A DNA stretch of 63,175 nt, the filler included, from Lenisia limosa (Eukaryota > Protista > Breviatea), in the NCBI GenBank assembly GCA_001655205.1. It is 13 parts of 13 records of this genome, joined end to end, with 100 filler letters (N's around TTAATTAATTAA, not from the genome) between each part and the next. Parts side by side here need not be neighbours in the genome. Positions count along the whole stretch, not along the records: positions 61,678 to 63,175 come from LPNZ01002234.1; 12 more parts are not named here. One strand, written 5' to 3'. Below the pieces are notes generated by a model, which saw nothing but the letters and a program-made list of their open reading frames with translations, was not told the DNA's origin and did not search any database. The position numbers were made by a program, and so were the translations under genes. Below are positions 61,578 through 63,175 of the stretch, piece by piece (the first letter of the stretch is position 1; each line of letters opens with the position of its first letter).

Positions 61578-62148
61578 NNNNNNNNNNNNNNNNNNNNNNN
61601 NNNNNNNNNNNNNNNNNNNNNTTAATTAATTAANNNNNNNNNNNNNNNNNNNNNNNNNNNNNNNNNNNNNNNNNNNNGGGGGGGGGGGGATGTCGATGGC
61701 AAATTCAACTCTGTCATCATATAAAACTACTAAACAACCGAGGCTCAAAACCCCAATGCTGGATGTTGGATAAGCGTTTGAAAACAGCAGTGACCAGGGG
61801 ATACCATAATAACAAATTTAATAGCAGAACTCCCAAAATCAGGCAAATTAGCACAGACATGTTCATTCAAGTTTCAATGAACCCACAAATAATCAACTCA
61901 TAAAAAAAAATATGGAATTACATTTTGGCATGGTCATTATATTGAAAACAATTGATTCAAACACTATGATAGCATGATTAATTGTTCAACTTGAGGTAAC
62001 TATCGGTAGCACAGCGCACAGGATTAAAGCTATCAACAATATGATATCTTCATCGTCATCACTATGATCTCCATCAAAGACATCACAATTCCAAAGAAGA
62101 CAATCATCAATCATCCAGACAGCATAATTCCAGCACCATCATCCTCAC

Positions 62149-62435
62149 TTGTTAGCCTTGACTCCAGGGGGTCGTATGTAGACGTTGTAGGAGAGAACGG
62201 AAAGGTCGCCAGACACTCGGTGGAACTGCTCTGATTCGATGACAACTTCGCAAAGAGGCAACTTACCATCGCCTGCCGCTGCGATCTTAATTCCACCTTT
62301 AGATCTGCCTAAAAGGAGGATACAGAAGGCCCCAACTACGGTGTAGATAATCAGGACTGAGAGCGCCAGAAGAAGTGGGACCAATATAGGCACCGGAAGC
62401 TCCTCTAATGATGAAGATATAGCTAGCAGATTCAT
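62149..62435 (-). CDS. EEP-superfamily neutral sphingomyelinase-like protein, first exon
   Basis: N-terminal TM segment, then DLSVLSYNVYIRPPGVKAN, resembling the L(T/S)YN.F.RPP first strand of EEP sphingomyelinase-like proteins; GTGAG donor follows. Confidence 0.5.
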
Positions 62436-62661
62436 ATCTCCAATCCCAATTAAAGAAAGAGCGCTTCCAGAAAAATTCCGACTTGCACTTTTAAGTTCAC
62501 ATTAGTTACATTGTAAGTATTTTAAGTTGAAATTTTTGAAAATTTGAAGAAAAAACGCTCATAGACTATGTCAAATTAATACATTGCCTTATTGAATTAT
62601 TTAAATAGGAGCTACTGTGAAATAAAACTAGTCAATGGCTTTTTAGAACTGTTATCAGAGA

Positions 62662-62957
62662 ATGGATGGCCGCTTAGGTACTGTAGCCGGTGGCAGGTTG
62701 GCTAAAACAACGAAAATCAACACATATCTGACCGATTTCAATTTAGGTTGGGAACAGGGCTTCCAGTGTCCCATCTCCAGCAGCAAACGAGGGCTTCCCT
62801 TCAAAAGAAGTGCTCTGATGGCCAATACACTTCAACTATCTACACCCTAATCAAGGTTAGTTCGTGGCCTCCTCCCCCTCTTTACCGTTTCAAGGAGAAG
62901 AAGTTCGATGATGTGATCCACATCCTCCAAGCACAGCTCCAAGACAACCCTTCATCG
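62662..62957 (+). CDS. IFT70: Intraflagellar transport protein IFT70/TTC30, 5' exons
   Basis: DGQYTSTIYTLIK / EKKFDDVIHILQAQLQDNPSS matches the IFT70 N-terminus (EGQYTQTIYTLIKEQKF.EAI..LQ.QLQ..P.SR). Confidence 0.75.
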
Positions 62958-63175
62958 TAAGCGTTGAGTACACGGTTCTTTCTACTGGTAAATTAGGACC
63001 AATCTCCTTTGGTGTATTATGTTGCTTCCTCCATCTCCATTCCATCACGTATTCGCCTTTTCTCAAGCTGTTTTTTTGTAAGAAAGCGTTCAACGGGTTA
63101 ATTGATCTCAGCTTTGATATATTTGAATGTGCAAAATAATAGGTTAAAAAATCTCATTTTTGAGACAACGTATCA

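Noticed and set aside
6952-61633. Twelve identical TTAATTAATTAA palindromes at intervals (possible regulatory or repeat array)
   Set aside because: Always embedded in ~100-bp N blocks; it is a six-frame-stop scaffolding linker, not biological. Gene neighbourhoods across linkers were therefore not interpreted.

Overview
Intron-rich eukaryotic (protist-like, inferred) genomic DNA, not prokaryotic. The window is a pseudo-scaffold of about 13 contigs joined by 12 artificial N-TTAATTAATTAA-N linkers, with extra N gaps that mostly abut poly-G/poly-C runs. Most entries in the supplied ORF track are spurious because the real genes are split into short GT-AG exons. Joining exons by eye gives: Mrc1/claspin-like, UPF0390, Sushi-like TM protein, MSH2 (3' part), RA-domain protein, EXD3/mut-7-like exonuclease, bHLH factor, GH13 alpha-amylase, DBP7/DDX31, MORN5, atypical Rab-like GTPase, phospholipase B-like, LRR protein, SKI2, sphingomyelinase-like and IFT70/TTC30, plus unassigned exons. 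The main unexplained signal is that introns are built from a few dispersed repeat modules. Families B, C and D lack terminal inverted repeats and lie almost always in the sense of the host gene. B and D run into the 3' splice site, C often starts with a GTATG donor-like motif, and one intron (28669-28839) is entirely one B copy. This looks like an introner-like, splice-site-carrying element system. Families A and E are TA-flanked TIR MITEs, and a decayed Tc1-type transposase fragment lies near 8 kb. Exon borders and repeat limits were read manually and may be off by a few bases.
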